Shown piece by piece: positions 46,501-56,000 of a stretch of 64,000 nucleotides of DNA. The number at the start of each line of letters is the position of its first letter. The first letter of the stretch is position 1. Position numbers and translations under genes: made by a program. The notes beneath the pieces were generated by a model. It was not told where the DNA came from and did no database searches. It saw nothing but the letters and a program-made list of their open reading frames with translations. Origin of the DNA: Myxococcota bacterium (GTDB taxonomy: Bacteria > Myxococcota_A > SURF-8); contig CAXXQS010000002.1 in the NCBI GenBank assembly GCA_963674735.2, forward strand, positions 128,001 to 192,000, in the 5' to 3' direction.

Positions 46501-49500
46501 ACGACGGAACCGATGGAGCCGTCTGCGGAACGGACGACCAGTGTGTGGTGGGCGCGTGCCGGGATTGCCATACGGTCGAAGGTGGATGCAATGATCTGGC
46601 TTGGGACGGACGCGATACGGAATGTGCCATCCAATTTTGCCGGGAAGACTATCTATGCGACTTTACCACCGAGGATACCGGTACAGTCTGCGATCTGCTG
46701 GCGACCGGCGACCAAGATCAATGCGACGGCTCGGGTATGTGCGTGGATTGCGTAAACGTCGACGGCTGTGGTGACCTGGCCGACGACGAGAATCCCTGCA
46801 CCGACCTGGCCTGCGTCTCCAACATATGCAACCACGAACCGGACGATGAAAACACTTGCTCGCTCGGCACAAGCTGTACGACTGACGCCTGTGAGGATGG
46901 AGCCTGCGTCCCGACAGAAATTACGAGCGGCTGCTACATCGAAGGGATCTGTGTCGCTGATGGCGAAAAGAAAAGTCAGACTGGCGATAATTCCTGTCGC
47001 GTTTGCGATTCGTCAAATCTTGAAGGGTGGACTTTGCTCGAAAATGGGGAAGAGTGTGATGATGGGGATGATGGGACGACAAACGATACCTGCGGTTCTG
47101 GGGGCGTTTGTTTGGGCTGTACGCCGGATTGCAATGGCAAAGAATGCGGCGATAATGGGTGTGGGGGGAGTTGTGATGAATGTGCAGATGGGATGTATTG
47201 CTACAACAATCTCTGCTACAACAATTTCGGTATCCCTGCAACAGGGCAAAATAGTTGCTACGACGATTCAACCGAAATGACCTGTCCAGGAGTTGCAGGA
47301 GATAACGATTGCTCCGGTACTCAATACTGTGGTCAAGACTTCCAGTATCAGTACAACACAAGTGCTTTTCAATCAATCAACGACGATGGTTATGAAATTA
47401 TCTATGATCCGGTCACGAAACTGTATTGGACCAAGCAGGTTTACTATTCGTATTATGACTGGTTTAGCAATTATTGTTCAAATCTTGCTGACTCCAATTA
47501 TGCAAATATTGCTGACTGGCGTACTCCAAATTTAAACGAGGTGCTTTCCATCATTTCCTTCGGCGACTTAGAAAGTCGCCAATTTCCAGGAGATCCACTT
47601 TCGACAGGATTCGACTTTTGGATCGATGATGGTGATACTACAATATCGAAGTGGGGAGAAACGTATGATTTGAATCTTGAAGCAAATGGATATTGTGTAA
47701 GTGGAAGAGAATTCTTAAGTTCAAGTGCGGAAGAGTTCGAATACAACGAAGAAGTCCCAACAGAACCGACATATTTCCACATTTCAAGTGGGCTTGAATG
47801 GCAGGCCTATGATGCCACATCACTAAACTGGCAAGAAGCTTTGGCCTATTGTGAAGGTTTGGCCTACGCTGGTCATTCTGATTGGCGCTTGCCTAACGTA
47901 AACGAACTCGCGTCACTCCTGGATAAGCAAGAGTATCCGAATCATTACTTTGCACAGATTCCTTATCGCTCAGGAAAACATTGGACATCCACCACTTTGA
48001 TGCAAGATAACTCCGAGGCGATGGTTATTGAATTGTCATGCGGGGAGATTAACGAAAATTCATTAAGTTTTTACAAATCAGATGACAATTACAATGCTAA
48101 ATGCGTGCGGGGTAGTTCATGTTTGCCAAATTGCTATGAAAAACAATGCGGTGATGACGGGTGTGGAGGAAGCTGTGGCGAATGTACTGGCGATGAATAT
48201 TGCACCGACGAGGGACTGTGTGAAAATAACTGGGTTCCGATTTCATCAGGATCCTTCTGGATGGGAAGCCCCGATGGGTGCCCCGGTCCTAGCGGGTACC
48301 CAGGTGATTGCACAGAAGAACTTGGCCGAACACTTGTAGGTCTTGAGGATGAAGCTCTACATCAGGTTACCCTGACGAATGGCTTCGCAATGTCGCGTTT
48401 CGAGGCGACTCAGGAGGAATTCAGAGATGTAATGGGTTGGAACCCGAGTTATTACTCGAATAAGGGTGGAGGCCAAAATTGTGGATCGGATTGTCCTGTT
48501 GAATCGGTGACTTGGTTTGATGCTATTGCATACGCAAATCAACTTTCAATTCGAGAGGATTATGAAGCCTGTTACACCTTGACCAATGTTCGCTGCGAAG
48601 TTGGTGGAGATGTAGGCACCGATTACATGGAATGTTACGATTACACGCCTGGCGAGGATGGGATTTGGCAAGGGATTTCTACTGCCGATGTCAGCCTAAA
48701 CGGAGTGAACACACCGTATGACTGTGTAGGTTACCGCTTGCCGACAGAAGCAGAATGGGAGTACTCCATCCGAGCGGGAAGCACTACTGCATTTTATCCA
48801 AGTGAAGGGAACGATGGTACAATTACGAACACGAACAATGACCCGAATGCAAATCAAATTGCTGTAAACAATAAGGCCCATGATGCTGGGCCAGAACCTA
48901 AAGGAACATTGGAGCCCAATGCCTGGGGATTGTATGACATGTCAGGCAATGTTCGGGAATGGGTCTGGGATAACTATTGTCGCGAGTATGAATTAATTGA
49001 CAGCATAGATCCGGATGCACATCAGTGCTTGATAGAAAGCGGCAAAGTCCTTCGAAACGGTCATTTCTTCTCAGGACCGAGTGTTTTGAGGTCCGCGCAT
49101 CGAGATCATAATGGCGTTGGAGGATCCAGCGCAGAAATCGGGTTCCGGCTTGCACAGACCTGTAGTTGTCTCGACAAAGAATGTGGATTCGACCAATGCG
49201 GAAATGAGTGTGGCGTTGGTTGTGCCCCAAATGAAATCTGCAATCTTGACGGCCAATGCGAAGCGACCGAACCGCCCGAAGCGATCAGCTTGAAAGACGA
49301 AGCCGTCGTCATCCCAGATGACATCGCCGACGATGCCATCTTACCACCTGACGGCCCCTGTGGTGAGATGACCTTCCCCTATGTTGGCGGCCTACCGCCT
49401 TTCGATGTCAGCATCGGCGATACGATTGTCAGCGGCTACGATGGTGGGTTCCTGTGCAACGTACTGGATGTGGCGGATAACGGATCAGAACTAGTATTAT

Positions 49501-51860
49501 CCACTGTACAAGGTTCCCTAGAAGACATCATCGAAAGTGGAACGTTAGATTTCAGAGTTCCGATTTCTCTGTCAGATCCGGAAACAAAGTCAACAAAAGG
49601 ACTAACCATAAATAGAATAAAACTCTATTCCAATAATGGATTCGAGATTGAGCTTCGACCGGGATCTGTCCAATTCGATTCGGAATTTCACGCAAGAATT
49701 GACTATGAGTGGGGAGAAGGCATTTACTTCCTTGGTACTGCCAGCGGTACGATGACAACAGATTTTGGAGTTGATGTAACCTTCCCCGGTGTTGACATCA
49801 TTAGAGACAAAACAACTATCGCACCTGCAATCACGATTCCGTTCCATTTCTTGGTGGGTAGCCTACCTGTTTCGGGCAAAATCATCTTAACCCTTCAAGC
49901 TCGTTTTGAAGTTTCTGCCAATGGACCTAAATTAAGCTTCGGCTCTAGAAAAGTGAGGACAATGACGGTAGGAGCCGAGTACAGAGACCATGCTTGGAGA
50001 GATGTTGAAGTGAAGCGACAGGTTTCTACCGAAAAATATGGGCCGGACATAGAGGAAGTGGGTTCTATAGAATCAGAAGTTGGAGTGGATTTAAATGTGA
50101 AACTGGTACTATACGAGACGGCAGCACCTTGGATTACCATCGGCCCGAGGCTGGATAACGATATGATTTTTTATCCGAATTATAGCTATGACTGGCAGAT
50201 TGGCAATTGTTTGGATGCGTATTTTGGTGGTGACCTTCTTATTTTAGGTAGACGCATTGCCAAGTATGAACATGAGTTATTCGACATATGCTTCAACCAT
50301 GAGTCCTTTCCCGGTTGTATCGATCAATGTTTAACTCCGCGCTTAACTTGTACCACCCCCGGTACTGTAGAAGGTTGCGGTGAAGCGGATGACGGTGATA
50401 ACTGCCTGGACTGGGTGTACAAGGAGTGTAACGTATACCAAACCTGCCAGGATGGTGAATGCGTGGGCGAATGCACCAGCGGTCTATGCTGCGATACAGG
50501 TACGGAAACCTACAAGGCCGCCGGGACGGCTTGCGGCAGCGAATCGACCCAGTACGTTTGCCTGGACGGCACCGGCTGCGGTTCGGACATCACCCGCCAG
50601 GTCAACACCCAGCGATGTACCGGCAACAGCGCCGATTGCGTCGGCAATTGGAGTGGCTGGTCGACAGATGGCACCATCGCTTGCGACGCCGTCCAGAAGT
50701 GTGTGCCAAATCAAAGCTATTGTTCCTCTTGCAGCACAGATGCCTGCGTCGACGGCCTGTGCTGCAACACGAACACCACCCCGAACGAGTTCAAACCGAG
50801 CTCTGAAATGTGCGGACCGGCTGAGGATTGGGATTACGTATGCCCAGACGGCACGGCATGCGGAGACGATGTCTACATTGAGTACTCCGACCGTTACTGC
50901 TCGGGCACGAGTTCCACGTGTAATGGAGAACTGATCGCTCGTGGTGAATCGGAGCACTTCGCCTACTGTAGCAGTACTAAACGCTGCAGCAAAGGATCCC
51001 GGACCTGCGTGCCTTGCTCCTGCTCGTCCAACTGGTGCCAGGACAACGATGAGGGCAGCGGAACTCACTGCAAGGATGATGGAACGACGGTGACCTGCGG
51101 CACCAGCGGATCGTGCTACATCGAAACGGACTCTACCCCTTGCGCCTCAGGAACCTCTTGCGTGCAGGGCGAATGCCAAAACGACTGCCAGGATATCTGC
51201 GACGGTCGATGTGGGACAGTCGGAGATTGCGATTGCGATTGCGAGGACGGCTGGGCCTGCGATCCGGATGGCTATTGCCTGGATTGCTCCAGCGGCGACC
51301 TCGGATTCCGCGATTGCGATGACTTCGTGCATCAACGGGAAGGCGAACTCTATAGCGGCAATACACCTGTTGATACGGTGGGAGGTTGTTCCCCTGCGGG
51401 CAATCCTGGTTGGCATGATGGACCGACGGTGAACAACCTCAACATCCGCTGGACCTGGACCACGGACTGTGATGTGCCTCCCTACGGCGGGAATCCATAT
51501 TACTATGATGGAGAGAACGCCCGCTGGACTTTCAGCGTCCCTGTGGATGGCTACTACGACATCGATGTGAAGATTCCGGCGGTCGGCTACTTGTGCGACA
51601 ACATGGCCAACATCCGACACGCGGATGATGTGTATTACGGGTTACGAAAGAGTGGCGGCAGTGATCCAGTCTGGGGACCATATGACACTTCGGACTACAA
51701 AGGCCACTGGATGACCGTCACATGGTCCCCGACCTTCCTTGAAGCCGGTGAACATACCCTGATTCTTTACGATCATGGCAGTACAGGTGTAGATTGTATC
51801 GATGGAACAGGTTCACGCTGGGTTTTCGTGGACTCGGTGCGAGTGTTGTGGAATCATTGA
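43509..51860 (+). CDS. Giant (~2780 aa) Cys-rich surface lipoprotein: Ig-like, disintegrin-like repeats, 2x DUF1566, FGE-sulfatase, C-terminal beta-sandwich
   Basis: Lipobox VTGC; CR....CDVAEYC.GD..DCP.D repeats; DWRLPNVNEL; YRLPTEAEWEY...NAWGLYDMSGNVREW...GFRLA. Confidence 0.9.
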   Translation: MKSLCVMIIGLISILIVTGCDSSGSSGDNIVDGDQEQDIPVVDGDVDDDESEDAEENGDIGCMESVQLGLEDNILDFGAVSVGADQSKSFTITADPPTIIKSLSIFDDDETNEYSITVGTCTNEIQGICHEATVNENASNTSPYTVTISYIPRDADLTHDDAWLQIETEDDCEDTKRVKLTSQCKGTPNLRLSIDDQVITGNDSIFFETVLPNSSADPVTFKLENTGETSANAPVWVKLDPNNQFADYFEWTDCDSVELTSTGFLIGSGEEKVCTLNFREKATPGEYTGMVSVSWNSSCQEIDGKLDLTLSGHVAECEILVTPDPTLRLGEAIANEERVRDHFTITNACPFDMYWTACALETGMDFSADCPTGRTKLEPDDSTTLDISFQPTQADCQLDHLILTFEREGGEGVQTHVRDVAGCGTPCTYPGCCPPDSDNCQPGDYRCEGQERQTCNTVCYWTTVEECAENETCLAVECVPGCFDGQRQCDGPKKLVCEEGDFVSDGICDDQNPCTTDYCTLDEQDPDHCYTVNLPNGSVCDDGDSETSNTECQDGQCIEVFECTDDGECCIDGEIVNVAGACTDDGNDCTDDECGDTGVCTHPNKAPGATCGDQTETTCSAPDTCDGTGTCQPNHASDQTECRPEAEGILCDVAEYCPGDGPDCPEDGYKSDQTVCRPEAESSLCDVAEYCTGDGPDCPVDSFKAETISCRAANDSECDIEDFCPGDSADCPDSKSTDICRAAVDDCDFTEMCDGVNDDCPENDIMDDGEVCGEADENQCYQGVCVDCVDDYGCTDLEDDSLECSEPSCDTENHTCEHQLTAHEGETCGETTSSICDDEDTCDADGICQANHKPTDTPCRPSEGLCDVVEYCVEGGVCPEDGFKTGDVVCRESEGECDLEELCTGDAAACPEDAKSTAECRAATNECDLAEVCNGVSDDCPGDEAKDDGEVCGAGDQCVAGFCEDCWDGTGCEDLPWGVRDSDCSERVCGTGNICEFNDGTDGAVCGTDDQCVVGACRDCHTVEGGCNDLAWDGRDTECAIQFCREDYLCDFTTEDTGTVCDLLATGDQDQCDGSGMCVDCVNVDGCGDLADDENPCTDLACVSNICNHEPDDENTCSLGTSCTTDACEDGACVPTEITSGCYIEGICVADGEKKSQTGDNSCRVCDSSNLEGWTLLENGEECDDGDDGTTNDTCGSGGVCLGCTPDCNGKECGDNGCGGSCDECADGMYCYNNLCYNNFGIPATGQNSCYDDSTEMTCPGVAGDNDCSGTQYCGQDFQYQYNTSAFQSINDDGYEIIYDPVTKLYWTKQVYYSYYDWFSNYCSNLADSNYANIADWRTPNLNEVLSIISFGDLESRQFPGDPLSTGFDFWIDDGDTTISKWGETYDLNLEANGYCVSGREFLSSSAEEFEYNEEVPTEPTYFHISSGLEWQAYDATSLNWQEALAYCEGLAYAGHSDWRLPNVNELASLLDKQEYPNHYFAQIPYRSGKHWTSTTLMQDNSEAMVIELSCGEINENSLSFYKSDDNYNAKCVRGSSCLPNCYEKQCGDDGCGGSCGECTGDEYCTDEGLCENNWVPISSGSFWMGSPDGCPGPSGYPGDCTEELGRTLVGLEDEALHQVTLTNGFAMSRFEATQEEFRDVMGWNPSYYSNKGGGQNCGSDCPVESVTWFDAIAYANQLSIREDYEACYTLTNVRCEVGGDVGTDYMECYDYTPGEDGIWQGISTADVSLNGVNTPYDCVGYRLPTEAEWEYSIRAGSTTAFYPSEGNDGTITNTNNDPNANQIAVNNKAHDAGPEPKGTLEPNAWGLYDMSGNVREWVWDNYCREYELIDSIDPDAHQCLIESGKVLRNGHFFSGPSVLRSAHRDHNGVGGSSAEIGFRLAQTCSCLDKECGFDQCGNECGVGCAPNEICNLDGQCEATEPPEAISLKDEAVVIPDDIADDAILPPDGPCGEMTFPYVGGLPPFDVSIGDTIVSGYDGGFLCNVLDVADNGSELVLSTVQGSLEDIIESGTLDFRVPISLSDPETKSTKGLTINRIKLYSNNGFEIELRPGSVQFDSEFHARIDYEWGEGIYFLGTASGTMTTDFGVDVTFPGVDIIRDKTTIAPAITIPFHFLVGSLPVSGKIILTLQARFEVSANGPKLSFGSRKVRTMTVGAEYRDHAWRDVEVKRQVSTEKYGPDIEEVGSIESEVGVDLNVKLVLYETAAPWITIGPRLDNDMIFYPNYSYDWQIGNCLDAYFGGDLLILGRRIAKYEHELFDICFNHESFPGCIDQCLTPRLTCTTPGTVEGCGEADDGDNCLDWVYKECNVYQTCQDGECVGECTSGLCCDTGTETYKAAGTACGSESTQYVCLDGTGCGSDITRQVNTQRCTGNSADCVGNWSGWSTDGTIACDAVQKCVPNQSYCSSCSTDACVDGLCCNTNTTPNEFKPSSEMCGPAEDWDYVCPDGTACGDDVYIEYSDRYCSGTSSTCNGELIARGESEHFAYCSSTKRCSKGSRTCVPCSCSSNWCQDNDEGSGTHCKDDGTTVTCGTSGSCYIETDSTPCASGTSCVQGECQNDCQDICDGRCGTVGDCDCDCEDGWACDPDGYCLDCSSGDLGFRDCDDFVHQREGELYSGNTPVDTVGGCSPAGNPGWHDGPTVNNLNIRWTWTTDCDVPPYGGNPYYYDGENARWTFSVPVDGYYDIDVKIPAVGYLCDNMANIRHADDVYYGLRKSGGSDPVWGPYDTSDYKGHWMTVTWSPTFLEAGEHTLILYDHGSTGVDCIDGTGSRWVFVDSVRVLWNH

Positions 51861-51884
51861 ATCGGTTAACATAATGCCACTTTT

Positions 51885-51909
51885 CGTTGACAAATATTGA
51901 CAAACTTGC
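51885..51909 (+). repeat. Putative integrase arm-type site near attR
   Basis: cgttgacaaatattgacaaacttgc, direct repeat of 9025-9049. Confidence 0.7.
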
Positions 51910-52050
51910 GGAGAAATAGGCTGAGAAGACGCCAGAACGGAGACTCAAAGAAACAAGTCGAGGGCTACCAAACCGTTGATATCAGCTGGTTTTAACAACG
52001 AATCTCCGTTTTTTGGGGGTTTCATTTTGGAACATTAGATCTGACGAATT

Positions 52051-52101
52051 TTGCTTCGCATGCAAGAAGTAGGGAGTTCGAATCTCCTCACCTCCACCAT
52101 T
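52051..52101 (+). repeat. attR core (3' part of tRNA-Ala)
   Basis: Identical to 8929-8979; no 5' tRNA half. Confidence 0.95.
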
Positions 52102-52105
52102 TACA

Positions 52106-52153
52106 AAACACAAACCCGATTCTCCGTTAAACGAGGATCGGGTTTGGTTGTTT
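52106..52153 (+). terminator. Hairpin after attR
   Basis: caaacccgattctc...gaggatcgggtttg followed by T-rich sequence. Confidence 0.6.
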
Positions 52154-52289
52154 ATGGCGCTCTCCAAGACTGCGGCATCACTCCGCCACCCGGGTTGGTG
52201 CGATTTCAACCGGTCGAACTCATTCACCTTAAAAAAGCAGGCGATCTTCAACGACCGCCTGCTTGACATTTCCTGCTCTGATTGGTTCT

Positions 52290-55163
52290 CTATTCGGAAA
52301 GGGTATCCGGTTCGAGTCCAATAACGGCTCGGTTGTAGGCGGTATATATTCCTCCCAGATTATCAATATCGTAATAGCCTCGAATGCCATTAAAAGCATA
52401 GTCGGCATAGAATTGATCGTCGGAGTTATAACCATCACAGACCCACCAATGCCCGTACACACGGCCCGATTGTCCTGGTGCAGGGCTTTCTGGCGTGCGA
52501 CCAACGATAACAATGGGACGCCCTGCATCCAATTCTGCCTTGAAAAGATCGATCCATTCCTGACGAGTGAAATTTTCTCGGTAGACGATTTCTGCACTCT
52601 CGCTAAAGTTGAAGTAGTCGACAAATGTGGAGGGCAAATCGTCTTCAGCACCGATAGCCCAGATATGGGTGTACTCTCCAACCGCTCCGGTCGCTTCAAA
52701 AAGCCTTGCAGTTTCCTGGTATTCAGCTTCAGTAGCATCGTGAGCCAGCGTTGACGGCATCTGAGAATAATCCAGATTCAGGCTTTCCAGATCCACATCC
52801 CAGGCATTACCCCAGTAATCGGTGAATTGAAGATCGCCAACGCCGTTGGCCGGATATTGCCAGTAGTACAGGATACGAGCGATGGAGGTGGGGCCGCAGG
52901 CGTTTCCATAGTGCCCGTTCGGTCCATCCTCTTTTTCGGGGTAATAGGCATTGTAAGGCCAAGTGAAGGTGGTCCACTGGTTTTGAATCAAGGGTCCCAC
53001 TACCGGGGTTGCCTGGGCTTCCTGAATGTCTAAATCACTGCGCGGATGAATGCCATATTCGGAATAGTTGTAATCCACCGTTCCGACAATAAAATCGTAG
53101 CTATCACCAGACACAATATTACTTGCCGTGTATATCCCATCATCCACCTGACAGGCCCCACTGCCATCATCCACATACCACTGGGCATGATCGTCAGGTT
53201 CCTGTGTGACAGTTACGTTTGCAACCTTGACCAGTACACCTTCATAGGCTTCGCCACTAACAGCCTGGGTAAGCGTGGTCGTTGCAATGTCAGATGGATC
53301 AGGAACGGTATTACCCGTGCTGAGTATCGTTACTGCACCATCCACGATTTCAGTCAATCCGTAAAACTCCTTCACGGTTCCGATTACCTGTACTTCATCT
53401 CCAACATTTGCTCCCATATCAGCATTGTAAACATACACGCCACGCCATGCTCCACCAGCGGCTTCAGAGATGAAGAAGTTGTTGTTCTGACCCGCAAAGC
53501 CGGTTGCGGTTACGATGCCATTGGTCAATACCTGCTGATCCACCAACAGTGAGGGGTAGTCACCATCTCCGGCGACCGTCGTGTACTGGATATCGTAAAT
53601 GGACGTCGGGTCAAGCGTAGACTCACAGCTTCGCGACTCTGCATTGCACACTTCGTTTTCATCATTGCAATCCTTTGCTACGGTTTGATACAAACACGCG
53701 TCAAAGTATTGTAGATCGTTGTTTTCACAGTAGATATTGGCACCAGGTAAGCAATAATCGCTTGAAGCGCCAAAATTGATACAGTTGAAATTGTTGTCAC
53801 AGTCCACCTGTTCCTCACAGCTTTTCACACAGATACTTCTGTTGATAAGATTGATATTGATACAGAAATGGTCCGGTGCACAGTCATCGGTTTCCACACA
53901 TTCATCGCATTGCGTGCCGAGGGTTTCTTGATCTCCATCCGCGTCGCCATCTATCATGTCACCGTCAGTCTCATCACCGTCAACGGTATCATAATCACCG
54001 TCCACAATTAGATCGCAGCTTTTTGTCTCTGCATTGCAAACCCGTACACCATCTTCGCACTCAAGCAACTCCTCTTCCGTTCCACACGCATCCATTCTCC
54101 ATAAGTCGTTGTCTTCGCAGTAGTAGCTTCTGTCTGGAATGCAATAATTGACGCTCCCTCCGATATCCTGACATGTGAAATTTTCGTTACAATCAGTTTG
54201 CTCCAAACAGCTCTGTGCACAGAATTTACTTGGGGCACCCTGAAAACCAAGACATGCATGTTCTGCTTCACAATCAGGGTGATCTTCACACACATCACAT
54301 TGTGCGCCAAGTGTAATATCACCATCGGTCACGTCACCATCAACCACATCTCCGTCGGTGGTATCTCCATCAGTCTGATCTATGTCACCGTCAACCGTAC
54401 CGGTAGTACTGCGAACACATCTCACATTTTTCGGGTTGAAGTGATAGCTAACACGTAGTGCTGCCGAGAGATAACCCAATGACCAGGATGAGTTGTCAGC
54501 AGTTAACACCGAAGACCAATAAGGACCGCAGTCCCCCTCTTCTTCTACGAGATCATCCACCGTATAGCATTTTTCTTCGGATGGTCCCTGCAGGTACGAG
54601 CAGTTATCAGCGCAGGCATCATTGTCCATACAACTAGGAGAAAGGCAACTTCCCTCCCTAATGTTGCATGTTCCATCAATCTCCATTGTTGGACAACCGC
54701 GGATAAGACTGCGTAACTCGCCGATACCAGGCAAACGCCAATCATCAAACCCAACCAACTCCAGATTTTCACAGTATGCCAATGCCTCTTCGAATGCCAA
54801 TTGTGTGTCGGCAGGTGGATTTTGCCACATCAAGCCCAGTTCAACATCCATCCAGACTAATTCCGGATCGATATCGCCATCGGCCTCATCACCATCGGGG
54901 TCGTCATCACCATCGGTCGTCTCGTCGCCGTCAGAGGCATCTTGATCTCCATCCACTACAACGTCATCACCGTCGACCGGATCATCACCGTCAGAGGCAT
55001 CTTGATCTCCATCCACTACGACGTCATCACCGTCGACCGGATCATCACCGTCGACATTGCCATCGGGAGTATCACCGTCGGTTGAAGGTGCATCGGTATT
55101 ACAGGCAATCAATGTCAGGATTAGAATAAGAAGGAATGGAAACAATGGCAACTTGAGGTGCAT
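52290..55163 (-). CDS. DGD-repeat lipoprotein with DUF1566, OB-fold-like region and C-terminal C10 (streptopain-like) peptidase
   Basis: Lipobox LIAC; DWRLPGIGEL; GPLIQNQW..WPYN, ACGPTSIARILYYWQYP, GRP, GHWWVCDGY; internal 60-bp tandem repeat at ~54928-55054. Confidence 0.88.
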   Translation of the reverse strand: MHLKLPLFPFLLILILTLIACNTDAPSTDGDTPDGNVDGDDPVDGDDVVVDGDQDASDGDDPVDGDDVVVDGDQDASDGDETTDGDDDPDGDEADGDIDPELVWMDVELGLMWQNPPADTQLAFEEALAYCENLELVGFDDWRLPGIGELRSLIRGCPTMEIDGTCNIREGSCLSPSCMDNDACADNCSYLQGPSEEKCYTVDDLVEEEGDCGPYWSSVLTADNSSWSLGYLSAALRVSYHFNPKNVRCVRSTTGTVDGDIDQTDGDTTDGDVVDGDVTDGDITLGAQCDVCEDHPDCEAEHACLGFQGAPSKFCAQSCLEQTDCNENFTCQDIGGSVNYCIPDRSYYCEDNDLWRMDACGTEEELLECEDGVRVCNAETKSCDLIVDGDYDTVDGDETDGDMIDGDADGDQETLGTQCDECVETDDCAPDHFCININLINRSICVKSCEEQVDCDNNFNCINFGASSDYCLPGANIYCENNDLQYFDACLYQTVAKDCNDENEVCNAESRSCESTLDPTSIYDIQYTTVAGDGDYPSLLVDQQVLTNGIVTATGFAGQNNNFFISEAAGGAWRGVYVYNADMGANVGDEVQVIGTVKEFYGLTEIVDGAVTILSTGNTVPDPSDIATTTLTQAVSGEAYEGVLVKVANVTVTQEPDDHAQWYVDDGSGACQVDDGIYTASNIVSGDSYDFIVGTVDYNYSEYGIHPRSDLDIQEAQATPVVGPLIQNQWTTFTWPYNAYYPEKEDGPNGHYGNACGPTSIARILYYWQYPANGVGDLQFTDYWGNAWDVDLESLNLDYSQMPSTLAHDATEAEYQETARLFEATGAVGEYTHIWAIGAEDDLPSTFVDYFNFSESAEIVYRENFTRQEWIDLFKAELDAGRPIVIVGRTPESPAPGQSGRVYGHWWVCDGYNSDDQFYADYAFNGIRGYYDIDNLGGIYTAYNRAVIGLEPDTLSE

Positions 55164-55431
55164 GGTAAATCTCCAGCTTCAACGGGAAGAGCTAATTTGT
55201 TGTCATTCCAAGTATACCCCAAAAAAAAATGATGTCAATTCTCTTGGATGTTTATGGTAAGGAAATAGTAGCTTACTGAAAAATGAGCAGACCCGTTATC
55301 TTCTGGAATTCAGGGAATTATTAGAGTTTGATGTCACCTTCTCAATTTCCACCGGGTCGAGATCGGCGAGCTTCAGGATTTTTCGCAACTTGGAGATGTC
55401 TCTGTCCAGTAGGTCGGCAAGGTCGACCACC

Positions 55432-55989
55432 GACCTGACCATGACCGGCATGTACAACGTGCTGGAAAAACTGCACAACGGCGAGGCGCTGACGGCCAAA
55501 GAAAAGCAGATCCACGAGTGGGCGGCGACGACCGTCTTGAAGGAATTGCACGACGAGTTGGACGCCGCCGTTTTCGACGCCTACGGCTGGCCCGCGAGCC
55601 TTAGCGACGAGGAAATCCTGGAGCGGCTGGTGGCGCTCAATCACGAACGCGCCGACGAGGAAAAGCGGGGGCTGATCCGTTGGCTGCGCCCCGACTACCA
55701 GAACCCGGACGGCGCAACCGCCGTTACGCAAACCGAAGCCGAGCTAGCCGAACGCACACCGGCCAAGGCCAAGGCCGCCGCCCTGAAAAAACGCCCCTGG
55801 CCCAAAGCCCTGCCGGAACAGGTGCAGGCCCTGCGCGAGGTGCTGGCCGAACTCCCCGAAGCCGCGGACGAGGCCACCCTCGCCAAAGCCTTCAAAGGCG
55901 CACGCAAAGACAAGCTTTCCGAGATTTTGGCGACGCTGGAAGTCACCGGCTTGGCGCGTCGAACGGACGCGGGCTTGTGGGAAGGCTGA
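55432..55989 (+). pseudogene. C-terminal remnant of a type IIL/MmeI-like R-M enzyme
   Basis: LTMTGMYNVLEKL...LHDELDAAVFDAYGWP...EEILERLVALNHERA; no MTase motifs upstream; abrupt GC rise at ~55430. Confidence 0.8.
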
Positions 55990-56000
55990 TCCGCCCGCCC

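Larger units (their letters stand above)
8929..52101. mobile_element. ~43 kb tRNA-Ala-integrated genomic island
   Basis: 51-bp direct repeat of the tRNA 3' part at both ends; adjacent integrase; resolvase, primase/helicase, R-M genes; composition differs from the flanking fdh region. Confidence 0.92.

Noticed and set aside
38274-51860. Diversity-generating retroelement targeting FGE/DUF1566 domains
   Set aside because: No reverse transcriptase and no TR/VR pair with adenine-specific differences seen in the window; a trans-acting DGR elsewhere cannot be excluded
52051-52098. Second tRNA-Ala gene
   Set aside because: Only the anticodon-to-CCA part is present; it is attR
8929-52101. Prophage or ICE
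   Set aside because: No recognisable terminase, portal, capsid, tail, lysis, relaxase or T4SS genes
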